From: Anaerolineaceae bacterium
GTDB taxonomy: Bacteria; Chloroflexota; Anaerolineae; Anaerolineales; Anaerolineaceae
Direction: 5' to 3'
Assembly (NCBI GenBank): GCA_040772945.1
Contig: JAXGXE010000001.1
Coordinates: 1,012,862-1,076,861, forward strand
Length of the DNA stretch: 64,000 bases
The position numbers were made by a program, and so were the translations under genes. Under the pieces are notes generated by a model. That model did no database searches. It saw nothing but the letters and a program-made list of their open reading frames with translations, and had not been told where the DNA came from. Below, in pieces: positions 9,228-17,164 of this stretch (the first letter of the stretch is position 1; each line of letters begins with the position of its first letter).

Positions 9228-10625
9228 TGTCAAGGCTAAATAGAAATGTCCTATTGCTGGCAAGTTAGAAATGTCCTAATTGATTATCATTGTTGTCAAA
9301 ATGGGTTTTCCATTTAGCTTCTTTCCATAGGTTCTCCATGGGTGATTGTAAGCTGGTGGTTCTGGTTTTGCCTTGGGAGCAGCACTTGCTGTTATCTGAC
9401 TCTGTTTGGGTCTTTTTTCAATTTCTTCCAGTTCTAAGGCATTCCCATCTAACCAAGCAGTAATCTCACCATTACTGTCTTGAGTAACCAGTACTTCCCG
9501 TTTTTGAAAGTTATATACTGGGCGTTGGGTTTTGATTTGATAAATTTTGCCATCATAGTGAACCTGTAGTGTTTTCGTGATAATCCGAAAGTCATGTACA
9601 GAAAACAAAAAGTCCAGATCCTCGGTTTCATCCAGTGGGCGATGACGGTCAAAACTTTCAATCGGTTTTATAGCAAATCTTCGGTTATAGTCTGCAATGA
9701 ACTCTGGTAAGTATGCGTTTGCCGCGTCATAATTATCAATGCCAAGCAAACGCATTTCTTTGATTAAGCGGTCTTGCAGTGTTCCGTTACATCTCTCTAC
9801 CCTGCCTTTTGCTTCCGGAGAATAGGCATACGTTATTTCAATATCCAAGACCGACAATGCCCTTTGAAACTGGGTAACACTCTCTTCTCCTGTCTTTTTA
9901 GGTCTGGGACTGCGAAATACACTAAACCGGTCACAATAAAAGCCTACCGGTAATCCCCAGGTTCTAAAATAGCTTTTGCATAACTTGCCATAGCTAAAGA
10001 AACTTTCTTCCGTCGCAAATTCTGCTGCCAGTATTTCACTGGTGGCATCATCGACAAATACCAACAGCGTTGCCTTTGGCCCACGTTCCTCCAGCCAGGC
10101 GTGTTCTGAACCGTCAATTTGCACCAGTTCTCCACGACAAACACGTCGTGGGCGGGCAGAATGGATCTTTTCTCTTTTCTTGCTTTTTGCTTTCCATACA
10201 CCGCATACTATCATCTCTTTTCGCACGGTTTCTTTGCTTAGTTTGATGCCTTCTATTTCTTCCAGCTTTTCTGCCATAAAGGTTGGCCCAAAGCCTTTTA
10301 CTATTGGGTCACAGATGAATTCCCTGACCTTCTTCAGCGTCTCTTCATCCGTTTTTCGGTTACTGCTTCGGCCTCGTTTTCTGGACACCAAACCTGCATC
10401 GCCTTCCTGGCGATAACGTTTCAAAATCCGCCTGAAGTGACGTTCTGTTATATGTAGCTTTTCAGCCGCTTCTTTTTGTGTCATGCGTTTGTCCATTACA
10501 CGGTCTATAACCGTTTTTCGGATTAGTTCTTTTGTGCTCATTTCTAATGTTCTGTTCATAGCTCCTAATCTTAATTAGGACATTTCTACTTTGCTACTTT
10601 AGGACATTATCACTTTGCTCTGACA
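9228..10625 (-). mobile_element. ISNCY/IS1202-like insertion sequence, copy 2 (identical to copy 1)
   Basis: Same termini as copy 1. It is flanked on both sides by CAAAGAAAATGAGCTT (9212-9227 and 10626-10641), a 16-bp target-site-duplication-like repeat. Confidence 0.85.
9276..10559 (-). CDS. ISNCY (IS1202 group)-type DDE transposase (identical to 5676-6959)
   Basis: The 427-aa translation is identical. Confidence 0.75.
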   Translation of the reverse strand: MNRTLEMSTKELIRKTVIDRVMDKRMTQKEAAEKLHITERHFRRILKRYRQEGDAGLVSRKRGRSSNRKTDEETLKKVREFICDPIVKGFGPTFMAEKLEEIEGIKLSKETVRKEMIVCGVWKAKSKKREKIHSARPRRVCRGELVQIDGSEHAWLEERGPKATLLVFVDDATSEILAAEFATEESFFSYGKLCKSYFRTWGLPVGFYCDRFSVFRSPRPKKTGEESVTQFQRALSVLDIEITYAYSPEAKGRVERCNGTLQDRLIKEMRLLGIDNYDAANAYLPEFIADYNRRFAIKPIESFDRHRPLDETEDLDFLFSVHDFRIITKTLQVHYDGKIYQIKTQRPVYNFQKREVLVTQDSNGEITAWLDGNALELEEIEKRPKQSQITASAAPKAKPEPPAYNHPWRTYGKKLNGKPILTTMIIN

Positions 10626-10641
10626 CAAAGAAAATGAGCTT
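10626..10641. repeat. 16-bp direct repeat CAAAGAAAATGAGCTT (copy 3)
   Basis: It directly follows the right end of ISNCY-like copy 2. Confidence 0.9.
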
Positions 10642-10684
10642 GCTAATCAGAAGAAAGCTGTGTTAGAATAGCTTCCTGTTCAAT

Positions 10685-10757
10685 GGTGCCTGTAGCTCAA
10701 TGGCAGAGCGCTTCACTGTGGCTGAAGATGTTGTGGGTTCGAGTCCCATCAGGCACC
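10685..10757 (+). tRNA. tRNA-His (anticodon GTG) with encoded G-1
   Basis: Hand-folded cloverleaf. Acceptor GTGCCTG/CAGGCAC with an extra 5' G opposite C73. D arm GCTC-AATGGCA-GAGC. Anticodon arm CTTCA-CTGTGGC-TGAAG. T arm GTGGG-TTCGAGT-CCCAT. CCA is not fully encoded. Confidence 0.9.
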
Positions 10758-10765
10758 CAGCTAAC

Positions 10766-10789
10766 CCCCGATTTTTTTCGGGGTTTTTT
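10766..10789 (+). terminator. Rho-independent terminator after tRNA-His
   Basis: Hairpin CCCCGA-TTTTT-TCGGGG followed by a T6 run. Confidence 0.75.
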
Positions 10790-10862
10790 GTTTATATTTC
10801 CAAGGCTAACGCCTTGGGTCTTAGGCGCACGGTCAGGAGACCGGCGCGGAGCGGATAAGGTT

Positions 10863-10933
10863 GGCTGAAGATCTTGTGGGTTCGAGTCCCATCAGGTACC
10901 CAGCTAAGCCCCGATTTGTTTTCAGGGTTTTTG
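10863..10933 (+). pseudogene. Degenerate duplicate of the tRNA-His 3' half plus its terminator
   Basis: GGCTGAAGATCTTGTGGGTTCGAGTCCCATCAGGTACCCAGCTAAGCCCCGATTTGTTTTCAGGGTTTTTG aligns with 10721-10790 with a few substitutions. There is no matching 5' half upstream. Confidence 0.8.
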
Positions 10934-11045
10934 TTTGTTTTGCAAGGTTTTTCGCATGGGAGCTCTGCACTTGTTCAGGATATATGCACGGTGCAGGCAA
11001 GGTTGACAGAAGATATTATTGAATCCTCAATTTTGTGTAAAATAT

Positions 11046-11074
11046 TTGACCCAAAGCCATCCTTGTGGCATAAT
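11046..11074 (+). promoter_or_regulatory. Sigma-70-type promoter for the ileS leader
   Basis: TTGACC (11046-11051), a 17-nt spacer, then TGG-CATAAT (extended -10; CATAAT at 11069-11074). Confidence 0.55.
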
Positions 11075-11080
11075 TCTCGC

Positions 11081-11433
11081 CCGAAAGGCAAAGACGGAAA
11101 CGAGTAAGCTATTGCCGGTTGAAAGCGACCCTGAGATGGTGTGAGCCAGGGCAACACAAGTAGCCGAAAATCCTTCCCGAGCCGCGAACTGAACAAATCC
11201 AAATGGATAGTAAGTGAGCCGGAGTTGTTACCGTTATCCTGACAAAGTTCATGATGGTGAACTGTGAGTGCCCAGCAGTGCTGGGAATGCGGGTGGTACC
11301 GCGGGCTGAAGTCGGCTCGTCCCAGTGTGGATGGGCTTTTTTGTTTTCCCATCCTTGGAAAGTGAAATAACAGTTCATTTATTAGCCAAAAATGAGCTGA
11401 AACGAAATGTAATGGCGTAAAAATGGAGGCTGT
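11081..11433 (+). promoter_or_regulatory. T-box riboswitch leader of ileS
   Basis: The hallmark T-box sequence GGGTGGTACCGCGG lies at 11291-11304. Its UGGU would pair with an A73-CCA acceptor end. It is preceded by hairpin CCCAG-CAGTG-CTGGG (Stem III-like) and a long Stem-I-like region with a GGTGTGA distal loop. Candidate AUC specifier triplets are at 11170-11172 and 11207-11209. Confidence 0.7.
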
Positions 11434-14400
11434 ATGTTTAAAGCTGTATCTTCTAAATTGGATAGTGTCGCGCTTGAAGAAGCCCAGTTGAAGTTCTGGA
11501 AAGAAAAAGAAATCTTCAAGAAATCTTCCGATTGTCGTCGTGACCGCAAGCCGTTCGTCATGTACGAAGGCCCGCCAACCGCGAACGGAAAACCAGGCAT
11601 TCACCACGTGATTGGGCGGGTATACAAAGACATGTTCCCGCGCTATAAAACAATGCGTGGCTATTGGGTTGACCGCCGGGGTGGTTGGGATACCCATGGT
11701 TTGCCCGTCGAAATTGAAGTTGAAAAGAAACTCGGTTTCACGAACAAAAGCCAAATTGAAGCCTATGGCATTGACAAGTTCAACGAGCTTTGCAAGGAAT
11801 CCGCTTTTACCTATATTCAGGAATGGGAGAGAATCACCGAGCGAATCGCTTATTGGGTTGATTTTGACCGTGCCTATATCACCTATAAAAACGAATATAT
11901 CGAGTCGGTTTGGTGGCTGCTGAAAACCATTTGGGAGAAGGATTTACTTTATCAGGGCTACAAGGTGGTACCTTACTGTCCGCGATGTGGCACGCCACTG
12001 TCGGACCATGAAGTGTCGCAGGGTTACGCGGACACGGAAGATCCGAGTATCACTGTGCGCATGAAGGTCTTGGATGAGGATAACACCTGGCTGCTGGTCT
12101 GGACCACTACCCCCTGGACTCTGCCCTCAAACGTGGCGGTTGCCGCGCATCCTGAGGTTGACTATGCCTTGGTGAGCACAGTCGCCAGGCCGGAAGAACG
12201 CTATTATTTGGCTAAAGAGCTTATTCCTCAGGTCTTTGACGAGGAAGAACTTACGGTTCACAAAACCGTTCCCGGATCCGCCCTTGAAGGTATGCGTTAT
12301 GAACCGCTCTTCAAGTTTATGCCCTTGAAGAAGAAAGCGCACTACATCGTTAATGCGGAATATGTCACTACGTCCGATGGTACCGGTTTGGTGCATATCG
12401 CGCCGGCTTTTGGTATGGACGATATGGAAGTCAGCAAAGTCTATGATTTGCCGGTGCTCATCACCGTGAATGATGATGGAAATTTTGTAGATGAAGTCGA
12501 GCCTTGGGCGGGTCAATTTGTGAAAAATGCTGATCCTGATATCATCAAAAACCTATTTGACAGGGGGTTGATGGTAAAAAGCGATCGCATGACGCATAAT
12601 TATCCTTTCTGCTGGCGATGTCGCACACCATTGCTGTATATGGCGCGACCTAGTTGGTTTATAAAAACAACGGCAGTGCGGGATCGACTGGTTGAAATTA
12701 ATCAAGGGATTAACTGGATACCTGAGCACATTAAAGACGGACGCTTTGGTAAATGGCTTGAAAATAATGTTGACTGGGCGATTGGTCGTAATCGTTATTG
12801 GGCGACACCTTTACCAATGTGGGTATGCGAAGATTGCGATCATGAGCATTGTGTTGGTTCTCTGGATGAGCTCAGCCGGCTAACCGGTAAAGATCAAAGC
12901 GATCTGGATATGCATCGCCCATATGTTGACGATATTCATTTTGCCTGCCCAGAATGTAAAGAGGGACGCATGTGTCGTGTGCCGGAAGTCATCGATGTTT
13001 GGTTTGACTCTGGCGCGATGCCGGTGGCGCAGTGGCATTATCCATTCAAGAACACCGAAGAATTTAAGGGGCAATATCCAGCAGATTTTATCTGCGAGGC
13101 GATTGACCAAACACGCGGTTGGTTCTATTCGCTATTAGCGATTAGCACGCTCGTTTTCGATTCAACTTGCTATGAAAATGTCATTTGCTATGGGCATATC
13201 CTGGATGGCGAGGGTAAGAAGATGTCAAAGCATATTGGCAATGTGGTTGACCCCTGGGATGTTATCAACAAACATGGCGCGGATGCCACACGTTGGTACA
13301 TGTATACTGCTTCACCGCCAGCTAACTCGCGAAACTTTAGTATTGATCTTGTGGGCGAGGTCTTACGCACATTTACGCTTACCTTGTGGAACACTTATAG
13401 CTTCTTTGTAACTTATGCCAATTTAGATAACTGGAAACCTGGAAGTGGCGAACCCGCTGTTTATTCTGACCTGGATAAATGGCTGTTATCTTCACTGGAA
13501 AGCCTCGTACGAGAGGTGACAGAGGGTTTTGAAAACTACGATGTCATTGCCGCAACAAGACCCATTGAAGCTTTTGTTGACCAACTCTCAAACTGGTATT
13601 TGCGGCGCTCACGACGTCGTTTCTGGAAGAGTGGTGCTGATGCTGATAAGACAGCTGCTTATGAGACACTGTATAAGGCTTTGGTAACACTATCTAAATT
13701 GCTGGCACCAACGATGCCTTTCCTGGCAGAGGAACTTTACCAAAATTTGATTGTTTCGGTCGATGAAAACGCTTTCGAGTCGGTGCATCTGGCTGAATGG
13801 CCCGAATATGATGAAGCCTTAATTAACACAAAACTCAACCATGATATGAGTGTGGTGATGAAATTAGCGTCATTGGGTCATGCAGCGCGTGCAAAGTCGA
13901 ATGTCAAGGTGCGCCAGCCCCTTTCTGAAGCAGCTTTTGCGGTTGGCAGTGCTGATGAAACAGACATCGTATCTAAATTTGCTGACATCCTTGAAGATGA
14001 GCTCAATGTGAAATCTGTCAGCTTGCTAACAACAAGTGACGAAGCAGTTGCTTATCGTTTGAACCCCTTGCCAAAACAGTTAGGACAAAAATATAAGGGC
14101 TTGTCGCCTAAAATACGTCAGGCAATTCTTGAATTACCTGCCCGGGAAAGTGCTGAGCGTTTTCTGAATGGCGAGTCGGTTTCTGTCAATTTTGATGGAC
14201 AGGTTTATGACATTGAGCCTGATGAGGTTGAAGTCATCACAGAATCGCGCGCGGGTTATGAGGTCGCTTCTGATGGGGCTTATTTAGCGGCGCTCATCAC
14301 GACCTTAACACCAGAATTGATTAATGAAGGATTAGCACGTGAGGTTGTGCGTCGTGTGCAGGCTTTGCGCAAGGATGCTGGATTGGAAATCGCGGATAGA

Positions 14401-14586
14401 ATTCGATTAAGTTATGCTGCGAGCCCGCGATTGGCAGAAGCGATTGAAGCTAATCAGGATTATATTTCAAGCGAGACTTTAGCGCTTGCGTTAGAATCAA
14501 GCCAAGCGCCTGCAGGGTTTGCTTCGGCGTCTGATAGCTTTGATGGTGAAGAATTAACCATCGCGCTTGATAAAATGGAGCGATAA
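11434..14586 (+). CDS. ileS: Isoleucine--tRNA ligase (type 2)
   Basis: 1050 aa with HIGH motif PTANGKPGIHH, KMSKS motif KMSKH and a large editing insert. A GGAGG Shine-Dalgarno precedes the ATG. Confidence 0.95.
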   Translation: MFKAVSSKLDSVALEEAQLKFWKEKEIFKKSSDCRRDRKPFVMYEGPPTANGKPGIHHVIGRVYKDMFPRYKTMRGYWVDRRGGWDTHGLPVEIEVEKKLGFTNKSQIEAYGIDKFNELCKESAFTYIQEWERITERIAYWVDFDRAYITYKNEYIESVWWLLKTIWEKDLLYQGYKVVPYCPRCGTPLSDHEVSQGYADTEDPSITVRMKVLDEDNTWLLVWTTTPWTLPSNVAVAAHPEVDYALVSTVARPEERYYLAKELIPQVFDEEELTVHKTVPGSALEGMRYEPLFKFMPLKKKAHYIVNAEYVTTSDGTGLVHIAPAFGMDDMEVSKVYDLPVLITVNDDGNFVDEVEPWAGQFVKNADPDIIKNLFDRGLMVKSDRMTHNYPFCWRCRTPLLYMARPSWFIKTTAVRDRLVEINQGINWIPEHIKDGRFGKWLENNVDWAIGRNRYWATPLPMWVCEDCDHEHCVGSLDELSRLTGKDQSDLDMHRPYVDDIHFACPECKEGRMCRVPEVIDVWFDSGAMPVAQWHYPFKNTEEFKGQYPADFICEAIDQTRGWFYSLLAISTLVFDSTCYENVICYGHILDGEGKKMSKHIGNVVDPWDVINKHGADATRWYMYTASPPANSRNFSIDLVGEVLRTFTLTLWNTYSFFVTYANLDNWKPGSGEPAVYSDLDKWLLSSLESLVREVTEGFENYDVIAATRPIEAFVDQLSNWYLRRSRRRFWKSGADADKTAAYETLYKALVTLSKLLAPTMPFLAEELYQNLIVSVDENAFESVHLAEWPEYDEALINTKLNHDMSVVMKLASLGHAARAKSNVKVRQPLSEAAFAVGSADETDIVSKFADILEDELNVKSVSLLTTSDEAVAYRLNPLPKQLGQKYKGLSPKIRQAILELPARESAERFLNGESVSVNFDGQVYDIEPDEVEVITESRAGYEVASDGAYLAALITTLTPELINEGLAREVVRRVQALRKDAGLEIADRIRLSYAASPRLAEAIEANQDYISSETLALALESSQAPAGFASASDSFDGEELTIALDKMER

Positions 14587-15158
14587 TGAAAAATAAAATA
14601 AAGCATAATGCTTTTTTGATTGGACTTGCTACGGTTATCGTCGCTTTGGATCAATGGACTAAGATTCTTGTAACCCATAAGATGGCTGTTGGTGAGGGTT
14701 TCTCGCCAATAGCTTTCCTTGGCGATTTTTTTACAATTGTTCATTGGCGAAATACGGGTGCAGCTTTTGGATTGTTTCAAAATGCGAATACTATCCTCTT
14801 GGTTGTCAGCATAATCATCGCAATCGCAGTGCTTTTTTACTATCAAGTTGTAAATCCAAAAGATTGGCTGGCTAAAGTCTCTTTTACGCTTATTTTTGCT
14901 GGTGCGGCAGGCAATATTATTGACAGAATAAAATTTGGCTATGTGATTGATTTCCTGTCATTTGGTCACTTTCCGGTGTTTAATGTGGCTGATTCTGCTG
15001 TGACGGTTGGCGTTTTCCTGATGGTCTTCCATTATCTCATCGAAGAAAAAAAGTCATTGAAAGCAATAGACAAGAAAACAAACGGTGAGGATTGTAATAC
15101 CTGTGCTTCAGATAAAGAGCTTGAAAAAGTGGTGTACAAAGTTGAGGATAGTGAATGA
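14586..15158 (+). CDS. lspA: Lipoprotein signal peptidase II
   Basis: 190 aa, four transmembrane helices, motifs NTGAAFGLF, GNIIDR, VIDF and FNVADS. Its ATG overlaps the ileS stop (TAATG). Confidence 0.9.
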   Translation: MKNKIKHNAFLIGLATVIVALDQWTKILVTHKMAVGEGFSPIAFLGDFFTIVHWRNTGAAFGLFQNANTILLVVSIIIAIAVLFYYQVVNPKDWLAKVSFTLIFAGAAGNIIDRIKFGYVIDFLSFGHFPVFNVADSAVTVGVFLMVFHYLIEEKKSLKAIDKKTNGEDCNTCASDKELEKVVYKVEDSE

Positions 15159-16081
15159 GTCCTGATTATGAAAAACATGTCTTTGAAGCGAGCAATAGTG
15201 GTCGCTTAGACAAGGTTATCAGTGATTCTCTGAGCGATGTATCCAGAGGCAAGGTGCAAGCCGCGATCCTTGATGGCAAGGTGAAATTGAATGGTGAGGT
15301 TTGCCTAAAGGCATCTACAAAGTTGGAACCTGGTGATAAGGTTGAGCTTTTATTAGAACTTGAACGCGAAGACACACTTTTGGCTGAAGACATTCCTTTG
15401 AATACTATCTATGTGGATGAAAATGTCATTGTTATAAACAAAGCTGCTGGCATGGTTGTTCATCCTGGAGCAGGTAATCAAAGTGGAACATTAGTCAATG
15501 CGCTTTTGTATCACTGGCCAGATATTCGCGAGGTAGGTGAAACAGGCAGACCAGGTGTCGTGCATCGCCTGGATAAAGACACTTCCGGTGTTTTGATTGT
15601 TGCAAGAAATAATGAAACATATAAATGGCTGGTTAAACAATTCAAAACCCGTAAAGTCATTAAGAAGTATCTTGCCTTGGTTGATGGCCATCCGCCTACA
15701 CCCAGTGGCAGGATTGAAGCTAATATTGGACGCGATGATATACACCGCCAGCGCATGACCGTTAAATATGGTAAGAGCCGAGCCGCGGTATCTGAATATC
15801 AGACTGTACAGAGCTACGCGAGACACTCGTTATTAGAGGTTCAGCCTTTTACTGGAAGAACGCATCAAATCCGGGTGCATTTGGCCTTTATCAAGACCCC
15901 GATTACCGGCGATAAAGTATATGGCAGACGGAAATTAAGTATTCCTGTTGAGCGCTTCTTTTTGCATGCAAATAAATTAGGCATTGTTTTACCAGGAGAT
16001 GAAGAGCCAACTGAATTTGTGGCGCCATTACCAGAAGACCTTAAAGAAATTTTGAAAACTGTGGAGAAATTGGGCAAATGA
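15155..16081 (+). CDS. rluD: 23S rRNA pseudouridine synthase, RluD family
   Basis: 308 aa with an S4-like N-terminus and catalytic motif HRLDKDTSGV. ATGA overlap with lspA. Confidence 0.9.
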   Translation: MSPDYEKHVFEASNSGRLDKVISDSLSDVSRGKVQAAILDGKVKLNGEVCLKASTKLEPGDKVELLLELEREDTLLAEDIPLNTIYVDENVIVINKAAGMVVHPGAGNQSGTLVNALLYHWPDIREVGETGRPGVVHRLDKDTSGVLIVARNNETYKWLVKQFKTRKVIKKYLALVDGHPPTPSGRIEANIGRDDIHRQRMTVKYGKSRAAVSEYQTVQSYARHSLLEVQPFTGRTHQIRVHLAFIKTPITGDKVYGRRKLSIPVERFFLHANKLGIVLPGDEEPTEFVAPLPEDLKEILKTVEKLGK

Positions 16082-17118
16082 AAACATATGATTTTAGATC
16101 AGATACCGTTACCAGACCTTCAGATGCGATGCGTGAAGCTATGGCTAAGGCTGTAGTTGGCGATGATGTTTACCACGAAGACCCGACGGTTAATCAGCTT
16201 GAAGCTATGACTGCCGAACTTCTGGGCAAAGAAGCCGCGCTGTTCGTAAGCTCTGGCACGATGGGGAATTTAGTTGGCGTATTGTCACAATGCCAACGCG
16301 GTGATGAAGCGATTATGGGCACTCAGGGGCATACCTTTTTGCATGAAGCCAGTGGTGTATCTGTTTTGGGTGGGGTATCAATGTTTACTGTGCCTAATGA
16401 AGCCGATGGCAGTATCAGTATTGAAAATTTGAAGGGGGCTGTTCGAAACCATTTTGATGTTCATGAACCAATTAGCAGATTGGTGATCATTGAAAACACG
16501 CAAAATTTTTGTGGTGGTACTGTGTTGAGCCAGGCATATGTTGAAGAAGTATCAGAGTTCTGTAAGCAACATGGTTTGGCCTTACATATTGATGGCGCGC
16601 GTTTATTTAATGCTGCTGTCGCATTGAATTTACCAGTAAAAGAATTAGTCCAACATGCTGATTCAGTTACTTTTTGTTTGAGCAAGGGATTGGGCGCGCC
16701 TGTAGGATCCATGCTGTCAGGATCAAAAGAGCTGATTAACAAAGCGCGTCGTTTACGTAAAATATTGGGTGGTGGCATGCGCCAGGCGGGTATCCTTGCT
16801 GCGGCGGGAATTTACGCATTAGAGCATAATGTTGAACGCCTGCGCGTTGATCATGTGCGCGCGCAACAATTGGCTGATGGTCTTGCCGCAATTCCAGGTG
16901 TTAAACTAACCCGAGGCACTCCTCATACGAATCTCATCTTTTGCGCGTTAGAAGATGATGTTGAAATTACCACAGCTGCTTTTCTGGAAAAGTTAAAGGA
17001 AATGGGAGTCTTGATTATGGATGTAGGTCCGAGGGAATTTCGCTTGGTTACCCATCTCGAAACCAAAGATGAAGCTGTAGAGCAGTGTATAAAGGCTTTT
17101 GAGATAATTCTAAATTAA
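16078..17118 (+). CDS. ltaE: Low-specificity L-threonine aldolase
   Basis: 346 aa. The N-terminus DFRSDTVTRPSDAMREAMA..GDDVYHEDPTVN is typical of the family. ATGA overlap with rluD. Confidence 0.85.
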   Translation: MKTYDFRSDTVTRPSDAMREAMAKAVVGDDVYHEDPTVNQLEAMTAELLGKEAALFVSSGTMGNLVGVLSQCQRGDEAIMGTQGHTFLHEASGVSVLGGVSMFTVPNEADGSISIENLKGAVRNHFDVHEPISRLVIIENTQNFCGGTVLSQAYVEEVSEFCKQHGLALHIDGARLFNAAVALNLPVKELVQHADSVTFCLSKGLGAPVGSMLSGSKELINKARRLRKILGGGMRQAGILAAAGIYALEHNVERLRVDHVRAQQLADGLAAIPGVKLTRGTPHTNLIFCALEDDVEITTAAFLEKLKEMGVLIMDVGPREFRLVTHLETKDEAVEQCIKAFEIILN

Positions 17119-17125
17119 GTATTCT

Positions 17126-17141
17126 TGGCACACTACATGCA
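17126..17141 (+). promoter_or_regulatory. Putative sigma-54 (-24/-12) promoter upstream of the BNR-repeat gene
   Basis: TGGCACACTACATGCA has GG-N10-GC spacing and lies in the 46-nt gap after ltaE. A GAGGTG Shine-Dalgarno and the ATG at 17165 lie just downstream. Confidence 0.55.
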
Positions 17142-17164
17142 CTTCTATGATAGAGGTGCATGAA

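Noticed and set aside
11064-11080. Sigma-54-like GG-N10-GC match (TGGCATAATTCTCGC) upstream of the ileS leader
   Set aside because: The -12 element is TCGC rather than TTGC. The same bases form a good sigma-70 promoter (TTGACC-N17-TGnCATAAT), and a housekeeping T-box-controlled ileS has no reason to need sigma-54.
10683-11107. Plus-strand ORFs of 61 aa and 77 aa over the tRNA-His region
   Set aside because: They translate straight through the tRNA gene, its terminator and the duplicated tRNA fragment. The tRNA fold explains the sequence.
10975-11754. 259-aa minus-strand ORF, with nested ORFs at 11109-11378 and 11382-11600, covering the ileS leader and 5' end
   Set aside because: It runs antisense to a T-box leader and to the clearly real ileS gene. 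Its composition is low-complexity and it has no ribosome-binding site or recognisable motif, so I treat it as a shadow ORF.
12127-13411. Several 60-130-aa ORFs on both strands inside ileS. Similar nested ORFs occur inside topA, the TPR genes, recA, ahcY and others.
   Set aside because: All are embedded in long genes with clear family motifs and lack any signature of their own. They are typical alternative-frame ORFs.
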